The notes under the pieces are model-generated. The model did no database searches. It was given only the letters and a program-made list of their open reading frames with translations, and was not told the origin of the DNA. Below, one piece after another: positions 26,914 through 40,434 of a stretch of DNA of 64,000 nt. The stretch lies in assembly GCA_020891255.1 (NCBI GenBank), contig BQFW01000005.1:1-64000 (forward strand). The letters run 5' to 3'. How positions within the stretch are numbered: position 1 is the first letter of the stretch; the number at the start of each line of letters is the position of its first letter. Origin of the DNA: Entomortierella parvispora E1425. Its lineage: Eukaryota > Fungi > Mortierellomycota. The position numbers and the translations under genes are program-made.

Positions 26914-27474
26914 ATGAAGTCGACCACAGCATTGACCATCACCGTGGTCGCCTTGGCCTCCTTCGCGACCGCCGACATGCTCAAGATTAATAACCCAACA
27001 GACGGCACCGTCTGGACGACGGGCGTGTTCAATTTCGTCGGATGGGAGGGTAACTGTGCATCCATGGGCAACGATGCCAAGACCGTCAAAGTTGATCTCG
27101 TTAATGGACCTTCGACCGCCGTGCGGTATGTGGCCACATTGGGCACTCTAGATTGCTCAGGCTCCAACACAAGGGCAGATATGACTGTTCCAAGCTCGGT
27201 GGCCTCGGGCCAGTATGCAATCGTGGTGCGGACATCGCCTGAGCAATCGTATACGAACTCGTTCCAGATTAATAACCCATCCTCACCTGCACCACCTGCA
27301 CCCGTCCCTGTGGCCCCAACAAGCGGATCAGGATCAGGTTCGGGTTCGGGTTCTTCCTCAGGCCAGTTCCCATCATCCAACACGTCTTCAGGGGCAGTGG
27401 CCCTCAAGTCGGTCTTCGGATCAGGCTTCATGGTGGCCCTTGCAGGTGCCGCGATGGCATTCCAATTGCTCTAA
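26914..27474 (+). CDS. Small secreted, probably GPI-anchored protein with Kre9/Knh1-like Ig-fold domain and Ser/Gly/Pro linker (186 aa, intronless)
   Basis: Signal peptide; INNPTDGTVWTTG..VDLVNG..TVPSSVASGQYAIVV..SYTNSFQI; SGSGSG linker; hydrophobic C-terminus. Confidence 0.82.
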   Translation: MKSTTALTITVVALASFATADMLKINNPTDGTVWTTGVFNFVGWEGNCASMGNDAKTVKVDLVNGPSTAVRYVATLGTLDCSGSNTRADMTVPSSVASGQYAIVVRTSPEQSYTNSFQINNPSSPAPPAPVPVAPTSGSGSGSGSGSSSGQFPSSNTSSGAVALKSVFGSGFMVALAGAAMAFQLL

Positions 27475-27971
27475 GAAGGGGAGGTTTTGTTCTCCCATAG
27501 TTAGTAGTGTTTTGTTTGCATTTATCTTTTTCGAATAGACAATTTCCCCTCCCCCTAATAACAGTCGTTGGTCAATCGTTCCACTCTGTCAACGTAATGA
27601 CATGCAATGATGTCCCCTTCTCTCCTGCAGAGGACCCAGATCAAGATCTGTATAATGCACCAATAACTGCCTTTGAAAAAATGAAAGAGCGAGCCGTGTT
27701 GTACAGTACAAGACTCTCTGCTGCTATTGTCACTCCTTGGATTCACTCGAAGGAAGGAAGGCAACGCGCGTCAAGGACGTTTCACGAGAAGAAACGAGAA
27801 GCCGAAACACTGCATGACGAATCGGGAACGATTGGCCCGGAACATGGAAATATCCAGATCAAAAATGGTTCAGTAAACACCTTAACGTTCTTTTTTTTTT
27901 TTTGTGGTCAATGGTTCGCTCCCTCCCCCCATTCTTTTTTCCCACACTCCACATCCTATACAACAACCATC

Positions 27972-29027
27972 ATGACTACCGCCACAGCTGCAAAGACCGC
28001 CATCAGCGCAAAGGATGCAAAGATCCTCGACATGGTCTTCAATCCCGAAGGCACAATGTTGCCCGACAAGGAAACAGAGACCATGTTGAACACAGAACCA
28101 ACAGGTAATGCATCCAACCTGAGCATGCTAGAGCGCAGCACTGCATCATGCTGTTCGGGTTTGGTCTGGTGGACTCTGGCGCTCCACCTGGTCCTGACGA
28201 CGTATAAAAGAGAGTCCTTGTAGAATTCTTTGCAACGACTGACTGGACTCGTTCTGTTCTTTTTTTTTCGTGGGATTAGTAATCGAACCTGAGTTGCTGA
28301 AGCAACTCAAAGCAAAGGAAGCAGAGGCTGTCCTCTTGGCTGAGAAGGACGATATCGATGGAGCCATTGCAAAGTTCACAGAAGTCATTACCCTCTGCCC
28401 GACCTATGCTTCTGGATACAACAACCGGTAATGAGGCTTTTCTGGAAGAAAGATCAAGGAAAAAAAAAGCGTGCCACCAAAAACAACAACCCCTCCCCTC
28501 TGACCTCTTTTTTTTTTGCCATTGTTTATCCGTTCCCAGCGCACAGGCATACCGTATCCAGGAAAACACAGCAGCAGCATTGCAGGATTTGGACAAGGCT
28601 ATTGAGCACGGCAATGGACAAACAGCCATCTTGAAGCAGGTATGGGGATCTAGAGTCTTTTATTTACAATGACGTATTGTGTCCAAAGGGGGGAGGAGAA
28701 AAGGGCTGAACACCGGAGTATCCTTCCCTTCCCCCGTTTTCTCTTGTCCCCCTTCACCCCCCTGTCATACCATACCGCAAGGAAATGCATGTTTTATTAA
28801 TCACATTTCACAAATTTGGACAAAAAAAAATCTAGGCATACACACAGCGCGCCATTATTAAGAAACTCAAGGGGGACAAGGACGGCGCACAAGTGGATTT
28901 CGAGCGTGGTGCTAGGTTTGGAAACCCAGTGGCGAAGGCTGTATCTGTTCAGGATAACCCTATCTCGCAGCTGTGCGGCGCAATGGTCATGGAGATGCTC
29001 AACAAGGAGATCCATGGCAACAAGTAG
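27972..29027 (+). CDS. TTC36: Tetratricopeptide repeat protein 36-like (4 exons)
   Basis: DAKILDMVFNP, EAVLLAE..DIDGAIAKF..LCPTYASGYNNR/AQAYR..ALQDLDKAIE, QAYTQRAII, DFERGARFGNPVAK and NP..LCGAMV follow the TTC36 pattern. Confidence 0.8.
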
Positions 29028-31161
29028 AAAAGTGACTCAAAACGAGGGATAGTCATTACCGCGTGTCCCTATGATATAAATAAAACAAGATCATAAATTA
29101 CATCGAGCAAGAGATAGAGGAGAGGTATTCGTAGACGGGTAGACGGTTGGATTTGGTCTATGGTTGTGATAGGTAGGACAGAGGAACACCAATCTGCCGA
29201 AAGGGCAAAAGGAGGTAGGAAGGTTGATTATCCTGTTGGCTCAGCAGTAGCAGAGAGAGCGCAGGTTCTTGTTTGCCCAGCTATCAGCTCAAAAAAAAAC
29301 AAAAAAATCCCGCTTGGCTTGCGGATTTTCTTTTTCGAACCATTGACAAGCGCCAGAGTTCTTGGTCTGCGCACGAAAAAAAATGCGCACACGACAACTG
29401 GTAAGTGATTCCAAGAAAGATGAATCGGATCCAGACGGTCCGAACATGGGGGAAAAAAAAAAGAGATCTATTTGATTTCGATTTTTTCAAACCCATTGCC
29501 GAAAATCCCGTCTCTTGTTTTTCTCTTGTCTGTCCTCCGAAGCAGTAGAGTTGTGAAGAAGAAACAAACAAAAGCTAGGGGAACACAAAGCGGTTGCATT
29601 GTCGGCGTCGCCACACACATCCCACAGACCATGCTGTGTGAAATAGAACCAATGAGAGGCCAGACTTTGAGGCAGATCTCTAAAGAGGGGGCGATTTCGC
29701 GGGATGTGGTGTTTTTTCTTTGGTGCTTGCATGCGGGTGCTGCAAGGGTTTGCAAGGTCTGAACCTGGTAGGCAGGGGGGGAAGGGAGAGAAGAGGAGGA
29801 AAGGGAGGCAAAGGGAGACAGATGGGGCGCGCGTGAGGAGGAGAAGGAACATACCTAGATCCTTGTCGATTGTCATGAGCGAAATAGATCAATTGGATCA
29901 AGCAAGCAAGTCAAGCGAAAATGGCATTGCAAACAACACAACAGCCCGGCTGTTTGTGGATGGGTTGCTTGTTTCATGCTTGTGCTGGCAAGGCCTTTGT
30001 TCAGGTCGGGTTTTTTTGTTCCTAGAGTTCTCAACGGCGTTGCACAAGTGTAAGCACCGATACAGAGCACAGTGGGGATGGAGGCACAGAGCAAGCTCAT
30101 TCTTCCCAGGACGGTCACCTGGACAGGGACCGACTCGAGACGAGAGCTGAGAACCCCGCTCAAATGAATGCTCTCAGAGTCAACAATAGAAAAAAAACGA
30201 GGGACAAGCTTCAGAAGACAGAGGTTGATCGATTGGGGTGTGTGGAGTGGAGCGTGAGCAAGAGGGGGGAGGGGAGTGACCCTGATCAGGGGTCTCTCTC
30301 TCTCTGTCATCTATGAGCAGGTCAGTGGCTCAACAGGGTGACAAAGACATACACACACACACACACACACGCACCGCACATTCACTCGGTCATCATGACT
30401 TGCTCGTTATTTGTCAGGCAGGGCCAATTATCTATTGTCAGCACCATTGGGTCATGGTGCAACTCGTAGGCCCACAGGCATCAGTCGGATGCTATGTGAT
30501 GTGGGATATGTGATATGCGATGGTGGCAGTGATGGTGTCGGCAGGGGCACAGCTGTCTCCGCATGAGCAGGAACAGCAGCGGCAGGAGCGCGAAGCAGAC
30601 AGGCAGAAAGGTGCAGACAGGAATGAATACACGAACAAGACAAGACAAGCCAAGACAAGCCCAGTCGCCCGTGCCCTTGCCCTTGCCGTCCATCCACCAG
30701 TGCCTGAAAGAAATGAACATCTTTATCATGTTGCGGTCATCAAATAAAATAAAATAATAAAATAGCGTTCTATTCCTGTGTCAGATGTCAGAGGTGCTTT
30801 GCCCTGTCTCTCTGTGTGTCTCTCTGTGTCTCTCTGTCTGTCCTGTCTCTCTCCCGCTCTGGCGCAATGCAATGCGTTCGAGGCCAGGCACCTAGAAAAA
30901 GGGCATCCTCCTCCTCTTCTTCCCTTCCTTTCTTCCTTTCTTCCTCTTTTCTCCCTCTTTTTTCTCCTCACTCTCATTCAATCCCGCCTCATCCCCATCT
31001 TTGTCCACCTGTTCCTCGCTCTCACCCACCCACCTTTCTTCTCTCCTCTCATTCACTCACTCCTCTTCACCTTTTACTTTTACTCTCAGTCCCCTCATTG
31101 CCCGTTTCAATCGCGCGTGTTTTTCTATTTTATTTTTATTTTCATTCCACTCCTTCCGACC

Positions 31162-32268
31162 ATGGCGCATACCACCACCAAACGACTGGCAAGTCAACGG
31201 TCTTCACCTCCTCTCGCTCCTTCTGCTTCCGGTCCATCCCCTCCACGGCTTCAGCCAAGCTCTCTCGCTGATATTGCTGCACACCGACCATATCATTCTC
31301 AGCCAAGACTTGCTTCCACTTCCAGCTCAAATACAACCACGACAACAACAACAACAACAGCATCAAGTAAAAACATCAACATCATCAACAACAACAAAAG
31401 CAACTCTAACCACACCAACCCCAGCAATATCAACGGCTATATGATCACCAGTGCAGCCACAAGTCGCACGACTTCACCGACACCTGCCTCCGCTGTCAAG
31501 CCTGGCAACGCCAAGCATGTCCACACGCTCTCCTCCAACATCTGCTATCCCCACCCTTCCACCCACCCACCATTGCGATTGTTGACCACTGCCACCTGTC
31601 TAGACACGCTCACGTCGCTGATCTCTGCCCAATCTCCGCCCCACTCGCCCACTTTTTCGTCTTTTGCTGTTCCTCAATCCACCGGCAGCAGAAACGGCAG
31701 CACCAGCAGTCGAGCCAACTCTATTTTGGATGGTATCCAAAACGCGCTCGGAGCTGCCTCCTCACCGCCTACCGCTGGCTCCATCAAGCAGTCGTCATCT
31801 TACTCGGCTGCCAAGGATAGCCTGGCCGATTTCTCAATCGCTGCCTCAAAACGCGGCAGCAACAATGGAAGCAACAAGACTGGCACCAGCAAGAGCAAGT
31901 ACAGTGAATCCGGCGGGGTGATTCGGAGTAACTATGTCAGTTTTCCAAACTTTGACGATATTGACTTTGTGGATGTGGCCATGGTGGACGATGATGAGGA
32001 AGAGGAGGATCAAAACGACTGGTCGGGACCAGATTCTCCTCCAGAAGGTCAGCGTTCCATGATGGACAACAATGGCCACATCAACAACAGCCTTGATGAA
32101 AAGAGCATGCGCTCTATCTATCAGTCTCATCCTGTCGGCTTTGATCCCGAGATGCGACGGGCGATGGAAAACGGGATATCGATGGGGATGCCGACGAGAC
32201 CCAGTGACCAGTGGTTGCTCCAACTTGAGACTTACCACGAGCTCCGTGTGAACGGCTCTCAGGTCTAG
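31162..32268 (+). CDS. Hypothetical intronless S/T/N-rich, probably disordered protein (368 aa)
   Basis: Uninterrupted frame from ATG 31162 after a long pyrimidine-rich leader; poly-T/N codon runs, acidic patch, no recognisable domain. Confidence 0.65.
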   Translation: MAHTTTKRLASQRSSPPLAPSASGPSPPRLQPSSLADIAAHRPYHSQPRLASTSSSNTTTTTTTTTASSKNINIINNNKSNSNHTNPSNINGYMITSAATSRTTSPTPASAVKPGNAKHVHTLSSNICYPHPSTHPPLRLLTTATCLDTLTSLISAQSPPHSPTFSSFAVPQSTGSRNGSTSSRANSILDGIQNALGAASSPPTAGSIKQSSSYSAAKDSLADFSIAASKRGSNNGSNKTGTSKSKYSESGGVIRSNYVSFPNFDDIDFVDVAMVDDDEEEEDQNDWSGPDSPPEGQRSMMDNNGHINNSLDEKSMRSIYQSHPVGFDPEMRRAMENGISMGMPTRPSDQWLLQLETYHELRVNGSQV

Positions 32269-32842
32269 ATCCCCCTTCCCGCCTCTTTTTTTTTTGCGCC
32301 CGCCCATGGTTCCCGGTCCTGGAAGCATGTGGGTTGTTTCAGGGAACACACAAAGAGCATGGACCTGTGGCGCGTGCGCAATTGCATGCAAAATCCAAGC
32401 TATCGGGTTGTATGAACTGGTATCCCACCACAAAACTCGGAGGAGACCACACACGCGTGTGCGCTTGGACGCTCTATCCCGAACAGCATCAAGTACACTC
32501 ACAGACCACCTCGCAGTTGCAAGCACCCGATCTGCCTCTCTTTGGAGGGACTCGGGGCACCAAAGAACGAACCCCGAACCTACGAAACTCACGAAACTCA
32601 CGCACGTACTCACACACACACGCAGCGCACCACTCAACGCACCACACACGAGAGGTACCCGGGTCGCTTTTGACTCTTGCTATATGTAAATAAAATCCTG
32701 TACATTACATTTCTACATTTGAGAGGTTCGGGTGACTGTCATCGACTCGACTTTTTTGTTTTTTGTCTGCATGGTGCCTCGAGGGAAGGACTCTCATTCC
32801 ACCCACCTTGGACCCCCCTCTTGACTTGACGACAGAAGCATC

Positions 32843-35800
32843 ATGGCTAAGAAGGATGTACGTTGGTTGCAGAAGGAACATGTCGACTACTTGCATTCAT
32901 TCTCCTTGTGAAAAGTCCGCCTCCATCTCTTTGTAACTGCATCTGACATGACATGATCTTTTTATTATTTTTATTTTATTTTTTTATCGTTTGGTCTTCG
33001 AAACAAACAGAAGAAGAAAAAGACCAAGGAGCACAAGGCAAAAGTCGCCGAGAAGGTATGCATGCAATCTGAAAGAGCACGGGGAATTTTCCTCTTGAGT
33101 GCATTCTCTTTGTTGTTGTTTTTTTTACAAGGGAACTCCCCCACCCCCTAGTTTGCCTTTGCCAGATCAGAACGATCGACTCAGCCTGCTTTGCTTTTTT
33201 TTTTTACTTTGTGCCTCTAGCAAGATCGAAAGCAATCCAAGAAGGAAAAGAAGGCAAAGTCGAAGAATGTAGAGGAACAGGAGGAGGACATTGAAACTAT
33301 TCTTGCCAACTTTAAGAAGGAGGTAAGATCAAAAGCAAAGAGATCCTGCAACACCGCCCGCATGGAAGTTTAGGCCGATCACCATTGGAGCCGAGGTATC
33401 TTGAATGTTGAAAACTCATCCATCCCTCTACTTTTATCTTGAACCACTTGGTAGCAAGAGGAAAAGGTCAAGATTGTCGAGGAAGTCTGGAGCGGACCCC
33501 CAAGGTAAGGACAAGGACTGAGGCAGGAAATAGAGTTGAAATACACTCGCCCCAGATCTCTCATCTGAATTTACAATTACTTGTTTTATAGTCGACGTGC
33601 CAATGCCACCTTGACTGCCAATCCCCTCAACCAGAACGAACTCATCTTCTTTGGAGGCGAGTTTTATGATGGAGCCAAATGGTAAGAATTCTTGCAATTC
33701 AATGAGAAAGTTATTTGCATGTGGAACCTTTATCTAATTTTGCTCCGCACATCGCCCCATTAGTGCCTTCTACAATGATCTCTATCGCTACAATATCGAA
33801 AAGGACGAGTGGCGCCGAATCACTTCCCCCAACTCGCCCGGTCCTCGCTCCTCGCATCAAATCGCCATTACCCCTGCAGGAACCCTGTTCCTGTTTGGAG
33901 GCGAATTCGCGTCTCCCAACGAGACTCAGTTCTTCCATTACAAGGTAATAATCCTTGAGAGTGTCTATCTGCAAAGCATTGGAAAACTATGTGACCATCT
34001 CGTTCCCTCTCATCCTCTTCGCCTATGAACTACGATGCTTACATATCCTCTTTTTATTTTAGGATTTCTGGTGCATGGATATGAAGACTAATGCTTGGGA
34101 GAAACTCGAGGTTAAGCCCAAGCCCACAGCGCGTTCTGGACATCGTATGACTCTCTGGAAGAACTTTCTCGTGATGTTTGGAGGCTTTTACGACAACTAT
34201 GTGGATACCCGGTACTATGACGATCTTTGGGTTTTTGACACCCTCGACTACAAATGGACCAAGGTTGAGTTGCCCGATCAGATGATCAAGCCCTCTGCCC
34301 GCTCTGGATTCTCGTTCATTCCCTGTAACGAGGGCGTGATTCTCTATGGCGGTTATTGCAAGGAGTATACCAAGGGCCAAAGGCCCAAGGGTATCGTCCA
34401 CACGGATACCTGGCTGCTCAAGATGAACACGGATCCCAAGATGATCCGATGGGAGAAAAAGAAGAAGTCTGGTTCGTCCCCATCGGCCAGGTCAGGCTGC
34501 GCCATGGCTCCCTACAAGAACCGTGCCGTTCTTTTCGGAGGCGTTTACGATGACGATGTCAACGAGGAGACTTTGGAGAGTACCTTCTATAACGAACTGT
34601 ATACCTATCAGATTGACACTGGCCGTTGGTTCCCCATGAACCTGAAGAAACCAAAGACTGCCAAGAAGAACAAGAAGTCGAAAAAGTCAAGAGCCAAGCA
34701 GGGAGGGAGCGGAAACGGCCAGGATGGCGAGGACGAAGAGTCTGGAAAGAGAGAAAAGATGAAGTGGGAGGAGAGCACAGACGATGAGTTTGACTATGGA
34801 GATTTCGAGGAGAGCGACACTGAGGAAAGCACCGACGCAGGAACCGGGACTGCAACTCCAAAGGAGGGCGAGCCCACTGTCACGGACGCGACGGCGACGG
34901 CGACGGCCCCCGAGCCCAGCACAGAAACTGTTCAGGAACCTGAAGCAGAAGAACTGTCAACCAAGGAGGCTCTTGCTGCTGCTGCTTTGGCAGCAGCTGG
35001 TATCCTGCCCAAGGCAACCCAGGCAGAGACTGAGGTCGCAGCACCCGAAGAGACCAAAAAGTCGCGCTCAGCAAGATCTAGGACCACCACTGCCGCCGAC
35101 TCGGACGATGACGATGAAGAACCCGAGCCACTGATGCCTTGCCCACGTTACAACCCCATGTTGGCAGTTCAAAAGAGCACGCTCTTCATCTTTGGTGGTA
35201 TTCTCGAGGTCAAGGATCGCGAGTACACCTTGGATGATTTCTTCTCGTTGAACTTGGACAAGATGACCGAGTATATTTGCTTGCGCGAGTCTGAATTCGA
35301 GTCTCAACTCTGGCTCGGCGAGGAGTCAGACGATGAGGAAGAAGGCGAGGAGGATGAGGAAGATGACGATGAAGACGAGGATGAGGACGAGGAAGATGAG
35401 GAGGGCGAGGAGGGTGAGGAAGAGGAAGAGGAGGCTGCTGCTGCCTCTAGCACTAAGGAGAAGAAATCCAAGAAGGAAGGCAAGGAAGGCAAGGAGAAGA
35501 AGGAGAAGAAGGAGAAGAAAGAAAAGAAGGACAAGAAGGAAAAGGCCACGGCCGAGTCTTCACCAAGTGCTGGTGGTGCACCCGACTCTGGAGAAGGACA
35601 GGCAGCCGATGGCGCTGCTCAACCCACCGCGGAGGGTGCCGAAGGCGCTGAGGAGGCTGTGGTCGAGGTTGTGCCATCGCAATTGAGCGGTGTTGATCTG
35701 GCGGCTCGATTGGCCATGACAGAGGAAGAGACGGCGAGTACGCCCACCATTGGCGAGACCTTGAAGGAGTTCTATGGTCGTACCAGTAAGTCCCCCTTTG

Positions 35801-36117
35801 CAGTATTGACATGTATTTTTCAGAGTCCAGCTTTTAATCTTTGTTCTTTTGCGCGAATAGCCGAATACTGGGTTTTGAAGGCGTTCGAGGACAGCACAAA
35901 GACAGGCAAGGCCCTTCGTCACGATGGATTCTTGCTCGCCGAGGCAAAGTTCAACGAGTGGCAGCCCATCTTGGCTCAGATGGCCCAGATGCGTATTGAT
36001 GCTGGACTGGATGGCGATGACGACGACGACCAGGGTGGTCGTATGGGCGCCCGTGGCGGCGGTATTCTCAAGATGGGCGAAGTGTACAACAAGCTCATGT
36101 CTAGACATCGACGATAG
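32843..36117 (+). CDS. KEL3: Kelch-repeat protein Kel3/KLHDC4 with acidic linker and C-terminal DUF4110-like domain (multi-exon)
   Basis: MAKKD/KKKKTK.., PSRRANATL, LFGGEFASPNETQFFHYKDFW, PTARSGHRM, FGGFYD, PCPRYN..FGGILE, and TP..GETLKEFY.R..YW. Confidence 0.9.
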
Positions 36118-36353
36118 AGTGGCGCGCAAATGCACCCCAATATATATTCACCATTTTGATAGATCTTTTCGAATGCGAAATGTTGCGGACGTGTACATTG
36201 TTGAATTATGTGGGATGTCTTTTGCTATTTCTAGAGAGAAGGTCGACTATGATACAAAATTGCGAAGGGAGACGTGCAGTGATTTTTTTTTCTTTTTTCT
36301 TCTACGCGGAATGGATGGCCATGAGTGGGTGTTGCTCAACTCTTTACCACCCC

Positions 36354-39300
36354 CTAGCTTTCCGAGCCAAGATTATCATCGTCATCATTGAGCTCATTTT
36401 CCAGATCCTGCAAAAAGTCTTCCTCATCGAAATCCCCAGCATCATCGTCGTCCTCTTCATCATTACTGCTCTCTTGACCGTTCGACGTTGAGGGTTGACC
36501 CTTGGAATAATCCATCGTGACCTCATCATCTGCATCCACATCGTCCTCGTCCTCGTCTGACTGACCCCTTCCTTTGTCCAGACGTCTACGCTTCTGAGAT
36601 CTCTTTAGGCTTCCAGTATCGCTCTCGTCGTCGCCCTCATCATCACTGTCGGATCCACTCTCGTTTAGAATGGCATTGAGGTCATCGTCCTCATCTAGCC
36701 TCTCCATATTGCCACCACTGGCGGCTGACAGTAATGCAGAGTCATCCTCGTCTTCGTCCTCATCGCCTTGCCCATAAGAGACTGCAGTGCCCAATCTAGA
36801 TTTCTTGGGAACTCTGGCGCGCTTTAGATTGATGAGTGGTGATCGAGCGCCGTCCGTGCTGGCGTCGCTAGGCGTGTTGCTATTAGTGTCGATGAATGAT
36901 AAAAAGAAGGATCGATTCAACTTCAATGTTAGAGATTGCAAATTGAACAAAAGACAAGTTTACTTTTGTCAATGAGGCATTAAAAACAGGGAGAAGGGTG
37001 GAAGGAGACTGAGTTCATGAAAGAGTCATCGTTGCTAACCTCGTGTCACTGTCCAAATCCGTTTCGTCCATTTCGCTTCCCACAAAGTCCTCAACCTCCT
37101 TTGTCACATCGGACCAGTCCACGCTGTTCATTTTTTCCCTCATTTCTGGAGAAAAGACTCCTGTGACCTCATCATCCGTTCGAACATCCTCTGCCGCATC
37201 AGCTGAAGGGGTTGCCGTTTCTTCCATTGGAGTGTCTGGCTCTGTCGCCGGTAATGAGGATGGCGTGGCCGTAAGAGTATCTACCATGTCGCCTGGCGGA
37301 GGCATAGGAGGTGTCGTCGATCGCTGTTGCCTTTGCGGCTGCTGTGGAGGTGGCCTACGAGGATCGGGCAAGAGATAGTCCTTCTCTTCTTGTCGCTTCC
37401 ATCTTCCTGTGGAATGGTAGAGCCACTCGGGACGGACAATCCAAATATTGCCTTTCCGCCGAGCCTGAGTGACCTTTCCTGTACCCGCTTTCGCAGCAAC
37501 AACATGCGTGACCTTGTCATTCAGCTCTCGGGAACATTCAGCCCCAAAAGCCAAAGCGCGATTCCAGATCTCGGCTCTTTCTGGGTTGTTTCCTTGAGGG
37601 ATCACACCACTAAACAGGATGTTGCAAGTTCTCAAGACCTGACTTCTCATCTTGCCCATAATCCACTATTGGGAGGAATTGGGTCGCAGGATAGGTTGTT
37701 AGCAGGGATGAAAGGAAAAGAAAGGAAAGGAAAGGGGAAAAAAAGGAAACCCCTGACACGTAAAAAGGCATGAGAAGGCTCTCTTACCTCCACGTCGGCA
37801 ATCGTTCTGGTGGATTTTTGCAAGTAATTCTCCCGAGCGTCGTAAAACTGCTCGTGGATGTTTTCGAGGATCTAAATTGGGGGATTACAAACAAGGACAG
37901 AACTGTTCAGTACTCCAGCTTCACAAGAATTGCCCCATCTCAATAATCCATAGTCATCACTGCTCGAGGTAACCCACCTCCAGGATACGCAAGAGTTCAT
38001 CATCCTTGTCATCAAGGACCGCTGTTTTGACTTTGTTGGGAACAGGGATTTCCTTGTTCTCGGTTTTGGCTTCTTCGGTGGAAGTTTTTGATTCTGTAGA
38101 AGGAGGCGATACCGAAGACGTAGCCTCGGCAACAGTCTCTGAAGTTGGTTCCTTGGTTTCTGATGATTTTGAGGCAGGCTCAGAAGTAACCAATGGCTTC
38201 TGCTTTGGCAAGTTTCCTGCATTGATATCTCCTGCGCCGACAAAATACTCGTCTAATTAGGGAACAGACAAACGATGTATAATGAGTTAGACGCTCTTCT
38301 GGAAGGAAAAGGACTATTGGACATGGATTAAATACTTACATGGATGGACATTCACAAGATTAGGTGAACTGCCCCAGACATCAGCGCGGTCGTCAATGAT
38401 CACCACCATGGATTTACTACATGGGAAGAGTCTAGAGATACTTTTCTTGGTCATACCTAAATTTCAAGGTAAACAAAACTCAGAACATGTTTTGACATCC
38501 AAATGACAGACGACTTTAAATCAAACAATGAAAAGACATACTTGAGTTTTCATCTCGAGACAAAATTCGTCCGCCAAAATACTTTCCATCTGGGTCAATG
38601 GCGTTTGCGACGGCGTCCGCGTACTTCCTTGTTCCCATGGTATAGATGTGCAGTTCATAGAGTTGTGATATCTTTTTCAAAAAGTCCTCAAGATGCGGTC
38701 TAAATTAACATGGTGGCAAAAGTTCTGGATTAGAACCGAGCTCGGTCAAAAACCGAATAGATAGGATATCACCTTAGGAAGACAACTCACCTCAGCTTGA
38801 TATAGTATGGAGTAGCAGCGTCTGGCAGTGGAAACATCTTGATGTCCTGTTTGGATAGAAGCAACTTGCAAGTCTTAGAAGAACGAACCCAAATACGTAG
38901 ACACTACGAAACCAGAGATTGTACTTTACCCTTGGAAGCTCTCCTTGTGCGTTCACCCACTCGTCGATTGTTGCTCCGACAGTGGCGTGGATTAACGTTT
39001 GATCGAGATCCACAATCAACGAGAGTTTTCCTTCATCCAATAATCTCTTCATGGTTTTTTCTTCCAGTCTTTCTGCTTCCTAGAGAGTATAAAAAAACAA
39101 GATGAATATGAGTACGTGATCATATCACCCTAACCCAGTCCCGTAGACGCTTCTACAAACTAGAAAACATACGTTCTGGCTGACAGTCAGATTCGTTGCG
39201 TCGTGGGTCATGTTGAGACGTGAAGTCTTCCTGACAACCGGTACATCTGTCTTCCCACATTCAGTGCACATGTCGGCATATAGCGTGTCGTGGTCGCATC

Positions 39301-39691
39301 CTTTGTACTCTAGCAATACAGTGCTTTTGAGAAGGTCAAAGGTAGAAGGTACAATCAGGCAGGCGGTTAGTTTAATGAATCCAAGAACAACTGGAAATAA
39401 AACAAAAAACCAAGCCAGCGGGTTCCCTTACTCTTCACTGTCGATGACATTTCCTATTCCGACGTGGATCTTTTTGACGGTGCCGTCCTTGATAGCACGA
39501 ATTTCACCTCTCCGGGCAAGGACAGAGACCTCTCCATCCTCTTGGAATCCCTCAACCTTTTCTTTGTACTCATATTCGATCAACTCGTCACCCTCAGAGT
39601 TGATTTTGCCGGTCTGCGTCTTGACTGCGATGATGGTTGCTGGGGTCCGCCCAGCGGGGATGCAATACTGTATATCGTTTGAAGTTGCCAT
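36354..39691 (-). CDS. FCP1: RNA polymerase II CTD phosphatase Fcp1 (multi-exon)
   Basis: N-terminal barrel-sandwich-like segment, CDHDTLYADMCTECG, catalytic LSLIVDLDQTLIHAT (DxDxT), BRCT domain VLRTCNILFSGVIP..VTHVVAAK..WIVRPEWL, acidic tail ending DFLQDLENEL. Confidence 0.95.
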
Positions 39692-40434
39692 CGTTATTGG
39701 GGAGGAGAAGGAAGAAGGGAGTGCCACTATGCGCCGAGCAAAACAAAAGGGAAAAAATCAAAGACAGCGGGGGCGGCTTCAGGGCGTCCTTGTAGTAGGT
39801 TCAGGTTCTATTTCTTGATTGTAGGACGTGCCCGTGTGTGTAATCAATCAAACGTGGGTCGTGTGTGAATTTGCGCGAGATTCGTGACGCGTGGTGAAGA
39901 GGGAACAACGGGAATGACTCAGGAATTGATGGCGATGGACACGCGTCGATGGTGGGGGGTCAACGCCAGGGCAGGGGAAGGAAGGAGTGATTGGTGCAGG
40001 GGGGAGGGAAGGGAGAAGAGGCTGGCAGGCTGGATGGATGGATGGATTGAGCAGCAAACAAAGAGGGCCTTTTTATGGGCGTGCGAAGAGGGACGCTGCC
40101 AGAGAAGCGCAAAAAAGAGAGCAGAAGGGAAGGGTGTGACCCGCTATTTCCGTGCACTGAAGAAGGAACATCTGTGCTTGGAAATAGCGCACATCGACCC
40201 ATAATCCTTCTCTGCCCCATCCGCCCATGCGCGCACTGTGCGCCTGCACGGCACAAAGACGAGGCCTCGGTCCTCCTCTTTCTCCCTTCTCTCTTCTTTT
40301 TTCGCTTCTCATCTCTTTTCTTCTCTTCTCTTCTCTTCTCTTCATCCACACATTCCAACTCTCATCGCACTCTTCTGCACCTCTTTTTTCCCTTTCCTTT
40401 TCTCTTACCAGGCACCACCTACACCTCTAGCACT

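Noticed and set aside
30778-31161. 129-codon in-frame upstream extension of the 496-aa ORF
   Set aside because: CT-rich leader that encodes a spurious hydrophobic F/L/S string; ATG 31162 is the more plausible start.
35333-35540. GAG/GAT and AAG-AAG-GAG trinucleotide-like repeats in KEL3
   Set aside because: Ordinary acidic and KEK coding linker, not a separate repeat element.
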